Below are positions 1 through 9,873 of a stretch of 64,000 nt of DNA, in pieces. This stretch comes from a virus (taxonomy: Duplodnaviria; Caudoviricetes), in the IMG/VR virus record IMGVR_UViG_2617270876_000003, positions 130,209-194,208 of that record, one strand, 5' to 3'. The notes under the pieces were generated by a model that had not been told where the DNA came from, did not search any database, and saw only the letters and a program-made list of their open reading frames with translations. The number at the start of each line of letters is the position of its first letter. Position 1 is the first letter of the stretch. Made by a program: the position numbers and the translations under genes.

Positions 1-10
1 ATTTCACAAT

Positions 11-484
11 TTATCCCCAACTTTATCCACAGTTTCCTCACAACTTATTTTCGTCACTTTTCATCTATTTTCACCTAATTGTTATCGTAAATGTTATCGT
101 CCAACACGACACAAACCCTTATCCTATCTATACTTTTCACTCATCACTTTTTTACGTCATCACATATTTTTACCTTTTCCACCCCTGAAATCACTATAAA
201 ACCCTTGTCCCGTCTACACTTTTACGATGTCACCTGGACGATAACATAAATTTATATATCCATTCTTCAATTTCACCTCAATTTTCACCATACAATTCAG
301 TCAATTTTTCCTTATTTTATCTATGTTTTTTATACTTTTTATACTCAATTCATTCCACTTTTCATCATTTCAATCGAAAATGTTATCGTACCAAATTTTC
401 ATCACCGATAACAAAATTACATTCTCGATCCATCTTTCACGCATCATCAATGATCACTCAATCATCACTCACCTGTACCGGGGG
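11..484. promoter_or_regulatory. Strand-skewed non-coding region with DnaA box and repeated 9-mers (origin- or packaging-type control region)
   Basis: Perfect DnaA box TTATCCACA at 23-31 and a 1-mismatch box TTATCCCCA at 11-19. TGTTATCG(T/G) at 80, 92, 381 (+) and 238, 405 (-). 25-bp imperfect direct repeat at 113-137 and 199-223. Very few G on the + strand until TACCGGGGG at 476-484. Confidence 0.5.
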
Positions 485-496
485 ATAGTTTAACAT

Positions 497-533
497 AAAA
501 AAGGCAGCATCCATATTTGTATTGGATACTACC
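497..533 (-). terminator. Intrinsic terminator downstream of 592..855
   Basis: Minus strand reads GGTAGTATCCA-loop-TGGATGCTGCC followed by TTTTTT. Confidence 0.7.
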
Positions 534-591
534 CTGTAATTGACAATAAACCTTTTTCTTCTGTTTCATTAAATTATCTCATCTATTCTTA

Positions 592-855
592 CTACTCATT
601 CATGTTGGATCTCCATACTACCCAGCCATACTCTTCAAGTGGAAATACACTTTCACAACGTTCCCACTTCCACCAATTCTCACCCTTCATTTTTGCTGGT
701 TCTTTACCTTCAGTAGTTGCACAATAATAGTAATCACCAGCCGTAAACACTGGAATACTTGTGTGTCCATAGTGGTATCTATTATCCTTTACGTCATCTA
801 TATCCCAACCTAGTATATAGGCTATAGCCTCAGCAGAATTAAGTCTTTTCTTCAT
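592..855 (-). CDS. Hypothetical phage protein (87 aa)
   Basis: ORF with an AAGTGGTG RBS-like sequence upstream and a terminator downstream. Confidence 0.75.
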   Translation of the reverse strand: MKKRLNSAEAIAYILGWDIDDVKDNRYHYGHTSIPVFTAGDYYYCATTEGKEPAKMKGENWWKWERCESVFPLEEYGWVVWRSNMNE

Positions 856-1296
856 TTAATCACCACTTCTATCATTTTAGTTTAATGTTATCAAGTTTAT
901 ATTATAAAAGTAACCTGTAATTTAAACCAATTATGAATTTGAGAAGACGGTATATTTCATTCTTCAATTTTCAACTCTAATCTCTTATTAAATTACAATA
1001 AAGAAATAACCTATCCCCTTTACTCTTGCAATCATCCTACCTTAATCAGTAACGTTTAAATTCATTATTAATTAATAATAAAATCGACACTCAGAATTGA
1101 TGTCGATGCTTCAATTCCATTTTACTTCAACTTATATTTCAACTTTTCAATTTCAAACTCCAATTCTCAGCGTCAGCGTCTCGGTTCTAAATAATGGAGG
1201 AGAGCTGGCTCGACCCCTTTATAAATACTGAGTATAAGTATATGAAAGTATATATGTATATAGGGTTTTATGTTTATATTTATACAGTGTATTTTA

Positions 1297-1384
1297 TGCA
1301 GACATGTTTTACACTTTTGACTTGCATATTTTACACACCTGTCTTGCATAAATTCCACTTATGCCTTGCATGTCTTACACTTAG
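1297..1384. repeat. Four tandem 22-bp iteron-like repeats
   Basis: tgcagacatgttttacactttt / gacttgcatattttacacacct / gtcttgcataaattccacttat / gccttgcatgtcttacacttag, exact 22-bp period. Flanked by an AT-rich tract (about 1220-1296) and the perfect palindrome TAGGTTTAAACCTA (1382-1395). Confidence 0.75.
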
Positions 1385-1418
1385 GTTTAAACCTAGTAAC
1401 AACAATAAAAAAAAGAGG

Positions 1419-2042
1419 CTAGAGAATATTCTCCAACCTTACACTGTAATGGTTATTGTATTTGCTAAAGATGATCTTGTCATTTTCATCATATCTATAA
1501 TCTGTACCTAACTCATGTTTCTCAATACTAAGCAATTTTTCCTTTTTCAAGATTCCGTTGTATTTGATAATTGTTTTGCTGTTTAGACCAGTCTCTCTAG
1601 ATATTGTTGCTATCCCTGTATAACAGAATTGATTCAGTGTTATCTTTCTGTTTATATAACTCTCATAATAAAACAATAATCGAACACCATTAAATCCAAT
1701 CCTCGGTATGTGTTTAAGGATATCTACATACACATGTGTAAACTTATTTTTACTTTTTACTAACTGTTCATTTAAAAATATTTTCCCCTTTGAATGACTA
1801 TCAATTTTTACTGGTTCAAGTATGTATTGATTTCTGTTTAGGTTGTCAAAAGATTTTTTAATTGTCCGGTTATCATTTATATGCAACTGATCCTTAATGT
1901 GCTCTTTGCTACTAATAACAAACTCATTTGATCCATTTATGTATTGCAGTGTTTTGAGTTTAATCAAAATTGCAAAGTCTAATGATGACAACTCAGGATT
2001 CCTTATTATACTGTTTGGCATCTGTACATATTGCTTACCCAT
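1419..2042 (-). CDS. Putative replication initiator, duplicated winged helix-turn-helix protein
   Basis: Two similar halves (YVQMPNSII..LS..DF.IL..; FTHVYVDIL..G..LL.Y..FCY.GIATISRETGL..KTIIKY..IL) typical of HTH_36-like phage/plasmid Rep proteins. Lies directly beside the iterons. Confidence 0.6.
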   Translation of the reverse strand: MGKQYVQMPNSIIRNPELSSLDFAILIKLKTLQYINGSNEFVISSKEHIKDQLHINDNRTIKKSFDNLNRNQYILEPVKIDSHSKGKIFLNEQLVKSKNKFTHVYVDILKHIPRIGFNGVRLLFYYESYINRKITLNQFCYTGIATISRETGLNSKTIIKYNGILKKEKLLSIEKHELGTDYRYDENDKIIFSKYNNHYSVRLENIL

Positions 2043-2043
2043 T

Positions 2044-4317
2044 TTATCTAGCCTTCTTCAGCAAATCGCATAAATGTGTATTCCGTCTCATATTATCCAC
2101 TTTTCGTATGGCATAATTCAGTGTCTCGGCTTGAGTTAAGAATATGCACTTCTGCTTACTGCGAGTGATTGCCGTATAGATTAGATTAGCAGAAATTTGG
2201 AATTTATTGGATTTATCTACTATACACAAAGCAGCTTCAGACGAACTTCCTTGTGATTTGTGAATGGTATATGACCAACTGTGTAATAACTGAGTTGCTA
2301 ATCCAAAGTCTAATCTGACTAGATTATCATCAAATTGAACAATGATCCCCTTCTTATCTCTTTCAGTCATCTCTTCGTCTTTATTGCCTTTCTTGTCATC
2401 CTCAAACTTTAAATCAATTACATTCCCTGAGTCTCCATTAACTACATCTATTCCTTGCTCATCCATGTCGGCAATTCGGTACATATTTACGGTGTTCAAA
2501 ACGTAGTCTCCAACTCTTAAGATATTATCGAAACCATATTTATGTTCCTTCTTATTACCGTCTTGTGGATTAACAACTTCCTGTATATATTTATTTATTT
2601 CAATCGTTCCAAGCTTACCCTTCTTGGTTGGTGTTAGCACCATGATGTCTTCAGGAGTAAATGTCTCAAGGAAAGTTTTATAATATGTCTTATACCCTTT
2701 TTCCATATGTATTTGATCTACGCAATGCAAAAGAAAGTTATCGCCAAATAACTTCTTACCTTCAAAATCATTCTTAACAAATTGCTGTCCTTTTCTAATC
2801 TTTGTTGCAATATCTAATATCCCGCCATCACTCTGTCTAAAAACAATGTCAAGTTTAGTCATCGGTATGGTTCCACTTTCAATTACATCGTGAAGGAAAT
2901 TTCCAGCCTGAATACTCAATAACTGGAATGAATCGCCACAGAAGAGTAATCTAGTTTTTGGATTTTTTATTTTTGCTAATAAACTTGCAAGGATAAACAC
3001 ATCAGTCATCCCTGCTTCATCTATGATCACAAAGTCTTCCGCAATCTCGTACATATTTTCTTCATCTTTATCCATACCGTAACCAATTTTTCTATGTATA
3101 GTTTGTGCATCTACTCCTGTATACTTCTTTGTTACTTTAGCAGCTTTAGCTGATGGTGACATAAAAGTATATGTGAGACCAAGTTTATCAAGTAAAATAA
3201 CTAAGAATTTTTGCATCGCAGATTTCCCCGTACCAGCAAAGCCAACAAGAAGATTAACGGGATGCTTTTGAATATTTCTAAAGAAGTCTTTCTGTTGATG
3301 GGTTAGTCCATTTGGAATATCTTCTTTATATTCTTCTTCTATGTACTTAATAAATTCTTCTGAATCAAAATTAAGTTCGGTTCCATCGTCAAGCTTCTCT
3401 TTGAGTTTCTTAGATATGTAATATTCTGCATTGTATGTTCTGATTAATGAAATCTTATTGTCTATAAACTTTAACTCGTCAGTCTCATCGAGCATTTTAT
3501 CAATCAACTCAATCTCCAATTCCAACTTCTCTGAAGCACTTCTTAATAAATCTTCTCTGTACATAAAAGTATGTCCATGTTGCTGATTCTCGTCTATAGT
3601 GTACCGGATACCATACATTATTCTTTGCGGATTGTCATGAGCAATGCCCATCTGCTTGGCAACCTTATCTGCTCGTTTGAATCCCCAACCACTGATAGCG
3701 ACCAATTCGTATGGGCAGTCTTCAATCTTTTGTATCGCTAATTGTTTGCTGCCGAACTTTTCTTCAAGTTTTAAAATTACATCATAGGTGATACCATACT
3801 TACCTAATCGTCCAAGTATTTCTTTATAGGCCAGATTATCCATAATACGATTTCTAATACGTTTATAGACAACTGGCCCAAAGTTTCTTACTTTATCATA
3901 ATCGAATTTGTCGTCTATGATAAGTTGAACAATATCTTCATCTGGATAGGTTTTATAAACCTCTTTTAACTGTAATTCAGTCATAAGCGTCGAAAGAAAC
4001 GCTTGTTGCCCCTCCATTGTTTGTGGCACATCTTGATATATAGAGAGAACGTTATAACTTGCTCCAAATCTAGGGTCAACCTTATCTAATTCAATTTGAG
4101 CTTCGTATTCGACTCCTAATTCTAGCCGTTGCATTATACCCTTGATTGATAGTCTGTCAAAAGTATTCAGCATAATTTCATCATTTTTAGTGTTGCATGA
4201 ATAAATGCGAAAGTCATTCTTATTATCTGCCTCCCTCTTAGGAAACATCATTTTTTCAGGTGTCAACTTTAATTCAATAATATTACTCAAATTACTCTTC
4301 ATCCTCCTTATTCTCAA
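2044..4317 (-). CDS. recD2: RecD2-like ATP-dependent SF1B DNA helicase
   Basis: Walker A GFAGTGKS, Walker B IIDEAGM, GDSFQL, VFRQ, YTIHKSQG, LIYTAITR and HhH-like GWGFKRADKVA. True start may be the TTG at 4290. Confidence 0.9.
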   Translation of the reverse strand: MRIRRMKSNLSNIIELKLTPEKMMFPKREADNKNDFRIYSCNTKNDEIMLNTFDRLSIKGIMQRLELGVEYEAQIELDKVDPRFGASYNVLSIYQDVPQTMEGQQAFLSTLMTELQLKEVYKTYPDEDIVQLIIDDKFDYDKVRNFGPVVYKRIRNRIMDNLAYKEILGRLGKYGITYDVILKLEEKFGSKQLAIQKIEDCPYELVAISGWGFKRADKVAKQMGIAHDNPQRIMYGIRYTIDENQQHGHTFMYREDLLRSASEKLELEIELIDKMLDETDELKFIDNKISLIRTYNAEYYISKKLKEKLDDGTELNFDSEEFIKYIEEEYKEDIPNGLTHQQKDFFRNIQKHPVNLLVGFAGTGKSAMQKFLVILLDKLGLTYTFMSPSAKAAKVTKKYTGVDAQTIHRKIGYGMDKDEENMYEIAEDFVIIDEAGMTDVFILASLLAKIKNPKTRLLFCGDSFQLLSIQAGNFLHDVIESGTIPMTKLDIVFRQSDGGILDIATKIRKGQQFVKNDFEGKKLFGDNFLLHCVDQIHMEKGYKTYYKTFLETFTPEDIMVLTPTKKGKLGTIEINKYIQEVVNPQDGNKKEHKYGFDNILRVGDYVLNTVNMYRIADMDEQGIDVVNGDSGNVIDLKFEDDKKGNKDEEMTERDKKGIIVQFDDNLVRLDFGLATQLLHSWSYTIHKSQGSSSEAALCIVDKSNKFQISANLIYTAITRSKQKCIFLTQAETLNYAIRKVDNMRRNTHLCDLLKKAR

Positions 4318-5359
4318 TCATTTTTTTGGCGCTTAACTTTAACTGCATAAGCACCCCACCCTTTTGACTCATTATCAATTCCAGGAACTCTTCTCTATTC
4401 AATTCGTTAAAAATATCATTAGATATTTCATTCTCAAAGCGCAAACTTGGGCTGTTAGACAAATCTTTATGACTGTGTTGATAATGCTCAAAGTAAGTAT
4501 CAAAACTGGAATGTCCTAGTTGATCCTTAATTTCTTCAATCTTTCCACCACTCTCTTCAATCCAGCCAGCCATAACATTTCTCAAACTGTGGGGAACAAC
4601 TTTTTTACCACCATTGAATTCAAAATGCTCGTTTATATCGTCAAACATGTTCTGAATCGTAGTCTTACTTAAATGAAATACTTTGTTATCATTGTAGCGC
4701 CGATAATATTTCTGTTCTTTAATCTGAAGTAATTCATTATAAAACTCTTCGGAGATTGGTTGAACTCTTTCTTTGTCACCTTTATCAATTACGGTTACTT
4801 CGTAATAATCATGATAGGGATGTTTCTTAATATCATCCCACCCAATGTTTAATATGGCACTTTTACGGAATGAAGTTGTATACCCCATTCTAATAAAAGC
4901 AGCTTTCTCAAGTCCCTTACTCCGTGTGTTTTTAACAAAGTCACGAATCTCCTTAGCTTCCTGATCATTCATCTCACCATGTTTATTTGATTTCGCTTTG
5001 AGAAAATCAACCTTAACATGTTGGGCATTAATTGGATAACCGTTAACTTCAAGAAATTCATACAGGCTGAAAATTGCTGACAAATACTTATTGATTGTTC
5101 TAGGTGCGTAATTATATCCCGTTTCCAAGAAATCTTGATATCTAATAATTATAGAGTTTTTTACCTGGATGTCATCTTCAGTTAATTTATTAATGTCTTT
5201 GTCTTTATACCATCTAAAAAACATTTTTAGTCCGCGTTCGTAAACATCTGCCGTAGATTCATTTTTTTTCTTACATTTCAATAAGAAAGCTTGGATGTCT
5301 TCGTACACAGATCCTTTATGTAATCCAGTCACATTATACTTATTAATTGCTGCTTCCAT
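4292..5359 (-). CDS. Tyrosine recombinase/integrase (XerC/D-like)
   Basis: Catalytic set R (SFRKSA), K (DKG), HxxR (HSLR), H (LGH), Y (HYQH). GGGAT/AGG RBS-like sequence upstream. Confidence 0.9.
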   Translation of the reverse strand: MEAAINKYNVTGLHKGSVYEDIQAFLLKCKKKNESTADVYERGLKMFFRWYKDKDINKLTEDDIQVKNSIIIRYQDFLETGYNYAPRTINKYLSAIFSLYEFLEVNGYPINAQHVKVDFLKAKSNKHGEMNDQEAKEIRDFVKNTRSKGLEKAAFIRMGYTTSFRKSAILNIGWDDIKKHPYHDYYEVTVIDKGDKERVQPISEEFYNELLQIKEQKYYRRYNDNKVFHLSKTTIQNMFDDINEHFEFNGGKKVVPHSLRNVMAGWIEESGGKIEEIKDQLGHSSFDTYFEHYQHSHKDLSNSPSLRFENEISNDIFNELNREEFLELIMSQKGGVLMQLKLSAKKMIENKEDEE

Positions 5360-5418
5360 TACAAATCCCTCCTTTTAATTGATAGTTCTTATTAATCATT
5401 ATCCCTTTCGGTATCTTC

Positions 5419-5447
5419 ATTATACATCGTTGGATTAATAAAGTAAA
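5419..5447 (-). promoter_or_regulatory. SigA-type promoter for the recombinase-helicase-rep operon
   Basis: Minus strand TTTACT-17 bp-TATAAT. Confidence 0.65.
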
Positions 5448-5460
5448 TATAAATAGTTTC

Positions 5461-5490
5461 TTGACTTATTGAATAGTTGTGTGGTATATT
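5461..5490 (+). promoter_or_regulatory. SigA-type promoter for the RNA polymerase operon (divergent)
   Basis: TTGACT-18 bp-TATATT with extended TG. Confidence 0.65.
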
Positions 5491-5554
5491 TTAGATACAG
5501 AGATAAAGCATCTCTGAATAAAAAAATCTGAGAGGACGAAATGGTACATACATA

Positions 5555-5824
5555 ATGATCAATAACAAACTACAAAAGGAAAGACAGAAGCATCGTAGAA
5601 ATCTACAGGAACTATATTATGATGGAGAGGCTGAGTATATTGATGAAAGATATGTTTCACTGGAATTACTGCAAGGAGATGAGGATTGTGTTGAGTATTT
5701 AGATAGTAAATATACATATGATGATGAAATAATTCGGCTTAAGAATGGAGCCAATAAGGGGAAGTTTTATCGGGAACCATATAAATTAGAAAGCAATGCA
5801 TTTGAGAAAATCCCTAATAAGTAA
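5555..5824 (+). CDS. Hypothetical protein
   Basis: ORF downstream of a promoter, GAGG upstream, typical codon usage. Confidence 0.7.
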   Translation: MINNKLQKERQKHRRNLQELYYDGEAEYIDERYVSLELLQGDEDCVEYLDSKYTYDDEIIRLKNGANKGKFYREPYKLESNAFEKIPNK

Positions 5825-5851
5825 AAATACATATCAAAGGAATGATATTAA

Positions 5852-6160
5852 TTGAAAAATTTTAAAGTTTCGTCGTTAGAAGATGCACTAGTCGTATTGG
5901 AATATGCAAAAGAATATGATAAACAAGTAAGTTTGGCTGGTGGATATGATAATGAAACAGACGGTGAAGAATATGCTTTTTATATTCAGGAAAACTTCAT
6001 AAGTAAAGTCTATGAATTCTTTTATGGTCTAGAACAAATTACAGATGAAAGTATTTTTAAAGCAGACATCTTTACAATGACAATGTGGGACTACATCACA
6101 GATAGAATTAATCTAGAAGAACTATTGGTCTTTTTTAAGGAAGAAGAATTAATTAAATAA
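5852..6160 (+). CDS. Hypothetical acidic protein
   Basis: AAAGGA RBS and TTG start, in the operon with the polymerase. Confidence 0.75.
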   Translation: MKNFKVSSLEDALVVLEYAKEYDKQVSLAGGYDNETDGEEYAFYIQENFISKVYEFFYGLEQITDESIFKADIFTMTMWDYITDRINLEELLVFFKEEELIK

Positions 6161-6175
6161 GGAGGATATAGTTTA

Positions 6176-8953
6176 TTGACTAAGCATTCAACAAGTTTAA
6201 AATACATACTTAAAATTAATTCATCGACCCTACGTAAAGCCAAATGGGATTATAAAATAAGTTTAGAAGATGCTCTTGAAAATGATGAAATTGTCTCCCT
6301 TGCCGATAGTTCAGTGCTTCGTTTCATAAAGGAGATTGAGTACAAAGAATCTGAAGAAAAAAACAATATTGAAGATCAAATTGATGAACTAAAAAATTAT
6401 ATTAAAAAATTAAAGAAAAGCAATAATACACCTGAAAATAGAAAACAAATAAAGTCTCTATATTCAAAATTAAATAATCTAAAATATTTTCCAAAATACA
6501 TATGTGTAGTCATTGATAAAATTTCTGATTTTGACCGGATGAATAGAAAAAAGGGGTTTTACATCAATGGATTTAAATTCAAACGACTATTGGCAACAAC
6601 TGGAGGTGCAAAGAATAGTACAGTCGTATATATACAAGAAGACATATATGACGAGATAACCAAAAGAATTGATAATGGCAGAAACAAAGAAAAACCAATA
6701 GTTCCTGCAAAACTCGAAGCATATAAGGCTCTTGCTTGTAGCGCTAGCGTTCCAGTGTCTAATCCAAATGGAATTATAGTGATCGATGATTGTTTAACGG
6801 AATTTTACGAAGATGTTATTAGGATATATGACGAAAAAGATATCATCTATCCAAAAGTAGAGGAAGTAAAAAATTATAAACTAGAGAATAACGCAAGCGA
6901 TGGATTCGGTTTGGCTATGCCATCACTAACGTCGCGTTGGAACAAAGAACTTGGCAATAAATATATACCAAGTGGCTTATGTATAAGAGGAAGTTTCTTA
7001 AAGGGAATGGTTTTTACATTCGATTTTAAAAAATTCGCAGCACAAATAGCTGAAAAAGATACGGTAGTTGATATTTGGGGAACCCCAAGAAATATTAATG
7101 ATGCAGAATTGATACTAACATCTTCTATGCTCAAACTATGGAATTCCTATGAAAGTCTTGAACATTATTTGAGTTGCTGTGACGAAAATAAGTATACATT
7201 TAGTGTAACGAAGGTTTCTCCTGAACAATTGGAAAATCAGAGAAATTTAAACTATCAATTCATTCAATCGTTTGATCTTGATGATCAGCAGATTGATGAA
7301 TTGATTAAACCGACTGTAGATATGCTAAAAGACTCTCTAGGAAACGATCATATGAAGTCCCTTTTGTTTCTTAAAGGAAATCATCTAGCAGACAATAACA
7401 TCATGAGCGGGAAGTATGATTTTTCTATGGCTCTCATGGCTGATAAAAGAATGATAGATGATCCATTTGTGAAAAATCGAATTCATGACATGCTAGAAAA
7501 AAGAATTGACGATGCTAAAAAAGGAGATTTGATCGTAGACGGTAATTTCAGTATTGTATCTGGAGACCCCTACACCCTCTGTCAAAGCATGTTTGGACTT
7601 AAAAAAACAGGGTTGTTGAATAAAGGAGAATACTATAATAGTTATTGGAATAAAAAAGGAGTTAAGCAAGTAGTGGCATTTAGAGCACCAATGACATTAC
7701 ATAATAATATACGTGTATTGGATTTAGTTAATGAAGAATCAGTAAATGAATGGTATAAATATATGAATACAGTAACGATAATTAATTCATTTGACTCTAC
7801 AGCCAGTGCTCTAAACGGTATGGATTTCGATGCGGACATGGTATTAACTGTTAACAATCAGATAATTAAAGATTCTGTTAAGAGATTAAAGCCAATTATC
7901 TGTACTCAAAATGTCGCCGATAAAAAAGTTCCAACCGAAGCGGATTTAATTAAAGCAAATAAACTATCATTCGGCGATGAAATTGGTTCAGTTACAAACA
8001 GAGGAACGGCAATGTATGATGTTTTAGCAAAGTTTGATAAGAATAGTAAAGAATACGACGAGATAATGTATCGTATAACCTGTGTGCAACATTTTCAACA
8101 AAATGCTATTGATAAGACAAAGGGAATTGAAAGCAAGCCAATGCCAAAAGAGTGGTATGACGGTAAATTTAACACAAAATTAGAAGTGGCCGAGTCCATA
8201 AAAGGATTTAATAATTCTATATTGGCAGATAAGAAACCATATTTCTTCATATATATTTACCCTCATATCATGAAGAACTATAAGAGATATATTGCAAATA
8301 ACAACACAAATTGTAACTACAGATTTGGTATTTCTCTCAAACAATTGATTAATAAAAACAATAAATCTCAAGAAGAGGATTGTTTCATCCAGAATTATTT
8401 AGATAATATGCCTGTGTCAATGGCAAATTCAACAATGAATAAGATTTGCTGGAGAATAGAGGACGAATTTAAATTAAATTCTCGAAAAATAAAAAAAGAA
8501 CCATTCGATTACAAGATTATGAAGTCTAACAAGTTTTATGATAAGGATTCAAAGAGGAAAGTTTCAAATCTGTATCTCGAACATAATGAAAAAATACAAA
8601 TACATATGAGAAAAATTAAAAGTGACAGAGAAGACGAAGAGACAAAGGCGGAAAAAAGACAAAGATTTATAAGCGAGTTCAAGAAAAAAGCACTATCTAT
8701 TTGTAATGACATCGAAGAACTTACAAATATTATCTTAGATATTTGTTATAAAGATAATAGCAAAAGAACAAAACAGTTTGCATGGGATGTATGTGGAGAA
8801 CAGATAATTCGAAATCTTTTGAAAAATAATGGTGGCAAATTGATATATCCAGTTCAAGATGAATATGGAGATATTAATTATGGAGGATTGAAGTTTAAAG
8901 AAAGTGAAAAAATCTGCGAAGAGGATGATTTTATTGAATTTGGTTTTGAATGA
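6176..8953 (+). CDS. yonO: YonO-like single-subunit DNA-dependent RNA polymerase (two-barrel, RdRP-related)
   Basis: 925 aa. SDGFGL, IRGSFLKG, LNYQFIQS, FRAP, metal-binding MDFDAD and QNAIDKTK motifs. Upstream of HU/yonK and the head genes, as in SPbeta. TAAGGAGG RBS. Confidence 0.88.
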   Translation: MTKHSTSLKYILKINSSTLRKAKWDYKISLEDALENDEIVSLADSSVLRFIKEIEYKESEEKNNIEDQIDELKNYIKKLKKSNNTPENRKQIKSLYSKLNNLKYFPKYICVVIDKISDFDRMNRKKGFYINGFKFKRLLATTGGAKNSTVVYIQEDIYDEITKRIDNGRNKEKPIVPAKLEAYKALACSASVPVSNPNGIIVIDDCLTEFYEDVIRIYDEKDIIYPKVEEVKNYKLENNASDGFGLAMPSLTSRWNKELGNKYIPSGLCIRGSFLKGMVFTFDFKKFAAQIAEKDTVVDIWGTPRNINDAELILTSSMLKLWNSYESLEHYLSCCDENKYTFSVTKVSPEQLENQRNLNYQFIQSFDLDDQQIDELIKPTVDMLKDSLGNDHMKSLLFLKGNHLADNNIMSGKYDFSMALMADKRMIDDPFVKNRIHDMLEKRIDDAKKGDLIVDGNFSIVSGDPYTLCQSMFGLKKTGLLNKGEYYNSYWNKKGVKQVVAFRAPMTLHNNIRVLDLVNEESVNEWYKYMNTVTIINSFDSTASALNGMDFDADMVLTVNNQIIKDSVKRLKPIICTQNVADKKVPTEADLIKANKLSFGDEIGSVTNRGTAMYDVLAKFDKNSKEYDEIMYRITCVQHFQQNAIDKTKGIESKPMPKEWYDGKFNTKLEVAESIKGFNNSILADKKPYFFIYIYPHIMKNYKRYIANNNTNCNYRFGISLKQLINKNNKSQEEDCFIQNYLDNMPVSMANSTMNKICWRIEDEFKLNSRKIKKEPFDYKIMKSNKFYDKDSKRKVSNLYLEHNEKIQIHMRKIKSDREDEETKAEKRQRFISEFKKKALSICNDIEELTNIILDICYKDNSKRTKQFAWDVCGEQIIRNLLKNNGGKLIYPVQDEYGDINYGGLKFKESEKICEEDDFIEFGFE

Positions 8954-9725
8954 GAAAAAATACATAGAAGAAATTAGTAATGGAACGATTACGGATGATA
9001 TTTTAACTACAACAATTAGATGCTTAATCAAGAATTATGTAATTGAAGGAAAAAGTAAAAATGAAATTGTTTGTTTGGTTGAAGAATACCTTTCCAGTAG
9101 ACTAAAGCAAAAATACAAATCTAAAAAATGGGAGTCTTATATCACAAAGACAGTTGGTTCCGTTTTTAAACAAAAGAAAAGTTATGAAAAAGAAGAGAAA
9201 GAATTTCAATTAAATGAGATTGATTGTATTAAGGTCTCATTTTCTGAGTTAGAAAAAATCAAATTAATTGAAAATATAAGCGCAGAGAAAATTGCATTTG
9301 TTTTGCTGGTATGTGGGAGAATTAATCAGCAATTGAGCAAAGATAATAAAATCGGAACATATTGCAATAGAGAATTTTTTAAAGATTGCGGCCTCTCCTT
9401 CTCTAACGCAAATAGAAATCTAATAAACCATCTAAAACAATTAGGATATGCACAACCATCAAGCAATAATCAGTCTTCATTTGTTGAAATTCTTATTGCT
9501 GATATAGAATACGGAGATAATGAAGGAATTGTTGTTGATGATTTTAGAGACTTTGTATTGATTTATGAAAAATGGATTGGTGAAAAAATCGGGAAATGTG
9601 GATGTGGAGGTCTGATTAAACTAACAAGTGGCAACAAACGAATGTGTAATATATGTTGGAAAGAGCACCGAAAGGGAAAAAATAGAGAAAAAGCATTGAG
9701 ATATTATAATAAAAATAAGCATTAA
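8904..9725 (+). CDS. Hypothetical protein with C-terminal Zn ribbon, overlapping the polymerase gene
   Basis: KCGCGG...MCNIC plus a basic tail. Likely start at 8925 or 8934. Confidence 0.75.
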   Translation: MKKSAKRMILLNLVLNEKKYIEEISNGTITDDILTTTIRCLIKNYVIEGKSKNEIVCLVEEYLSSRLKQKYKSKKWESYITKTVGSVFKQKKSYEKEEKEFQLNEIDCIKVSFSELEKIKLIENISAEKIAFVLLVCGRINQQLSKDNKIGTYCNREFFKDCGLSFSNANRNLINHLKQLGYAQPSSNNQSSFVEILIADIEYGDNEGIVVDDFRDFVLIYEKWIGEKIGKCGCGGLIKLTSGNKRMCNICWKEHRKGKNREKALRYYNKNKH

Positions 9726-9873
9726 ATATAACTTTACCACTTTATTATGGTCAAAAAACCCTTATAAACATTGACTTTTTTAACGATTTTTTAAAAACGC
9801 TAATAGGGAAGAATAAAATAATTATTTTCCCCTATTTATCAATAAAAAACTAATCTAAGGGAGCAATTTAAAC

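Noticed and set aside
1297-1384. 22-bp repeats as a CRISPR array
   Set aside because: The repeats are directly tandem with no unique spacers, and no cas genes are present.
1173-1511. ORFs 1173..1358 (-) and 1194..1511 (+)
   Set aside because: They overlap the iteron/AT-rich region and the end of the Rep-like gene, have odd Cys/Tyr-rich composition and no convincing RBS. Likely spurious.
4292-5460. attP or prophage boundary next to the left recombinase
   Set aside because: Phage-like sequence continues on both sides, and no host genes or att core duplication are visible in the window.
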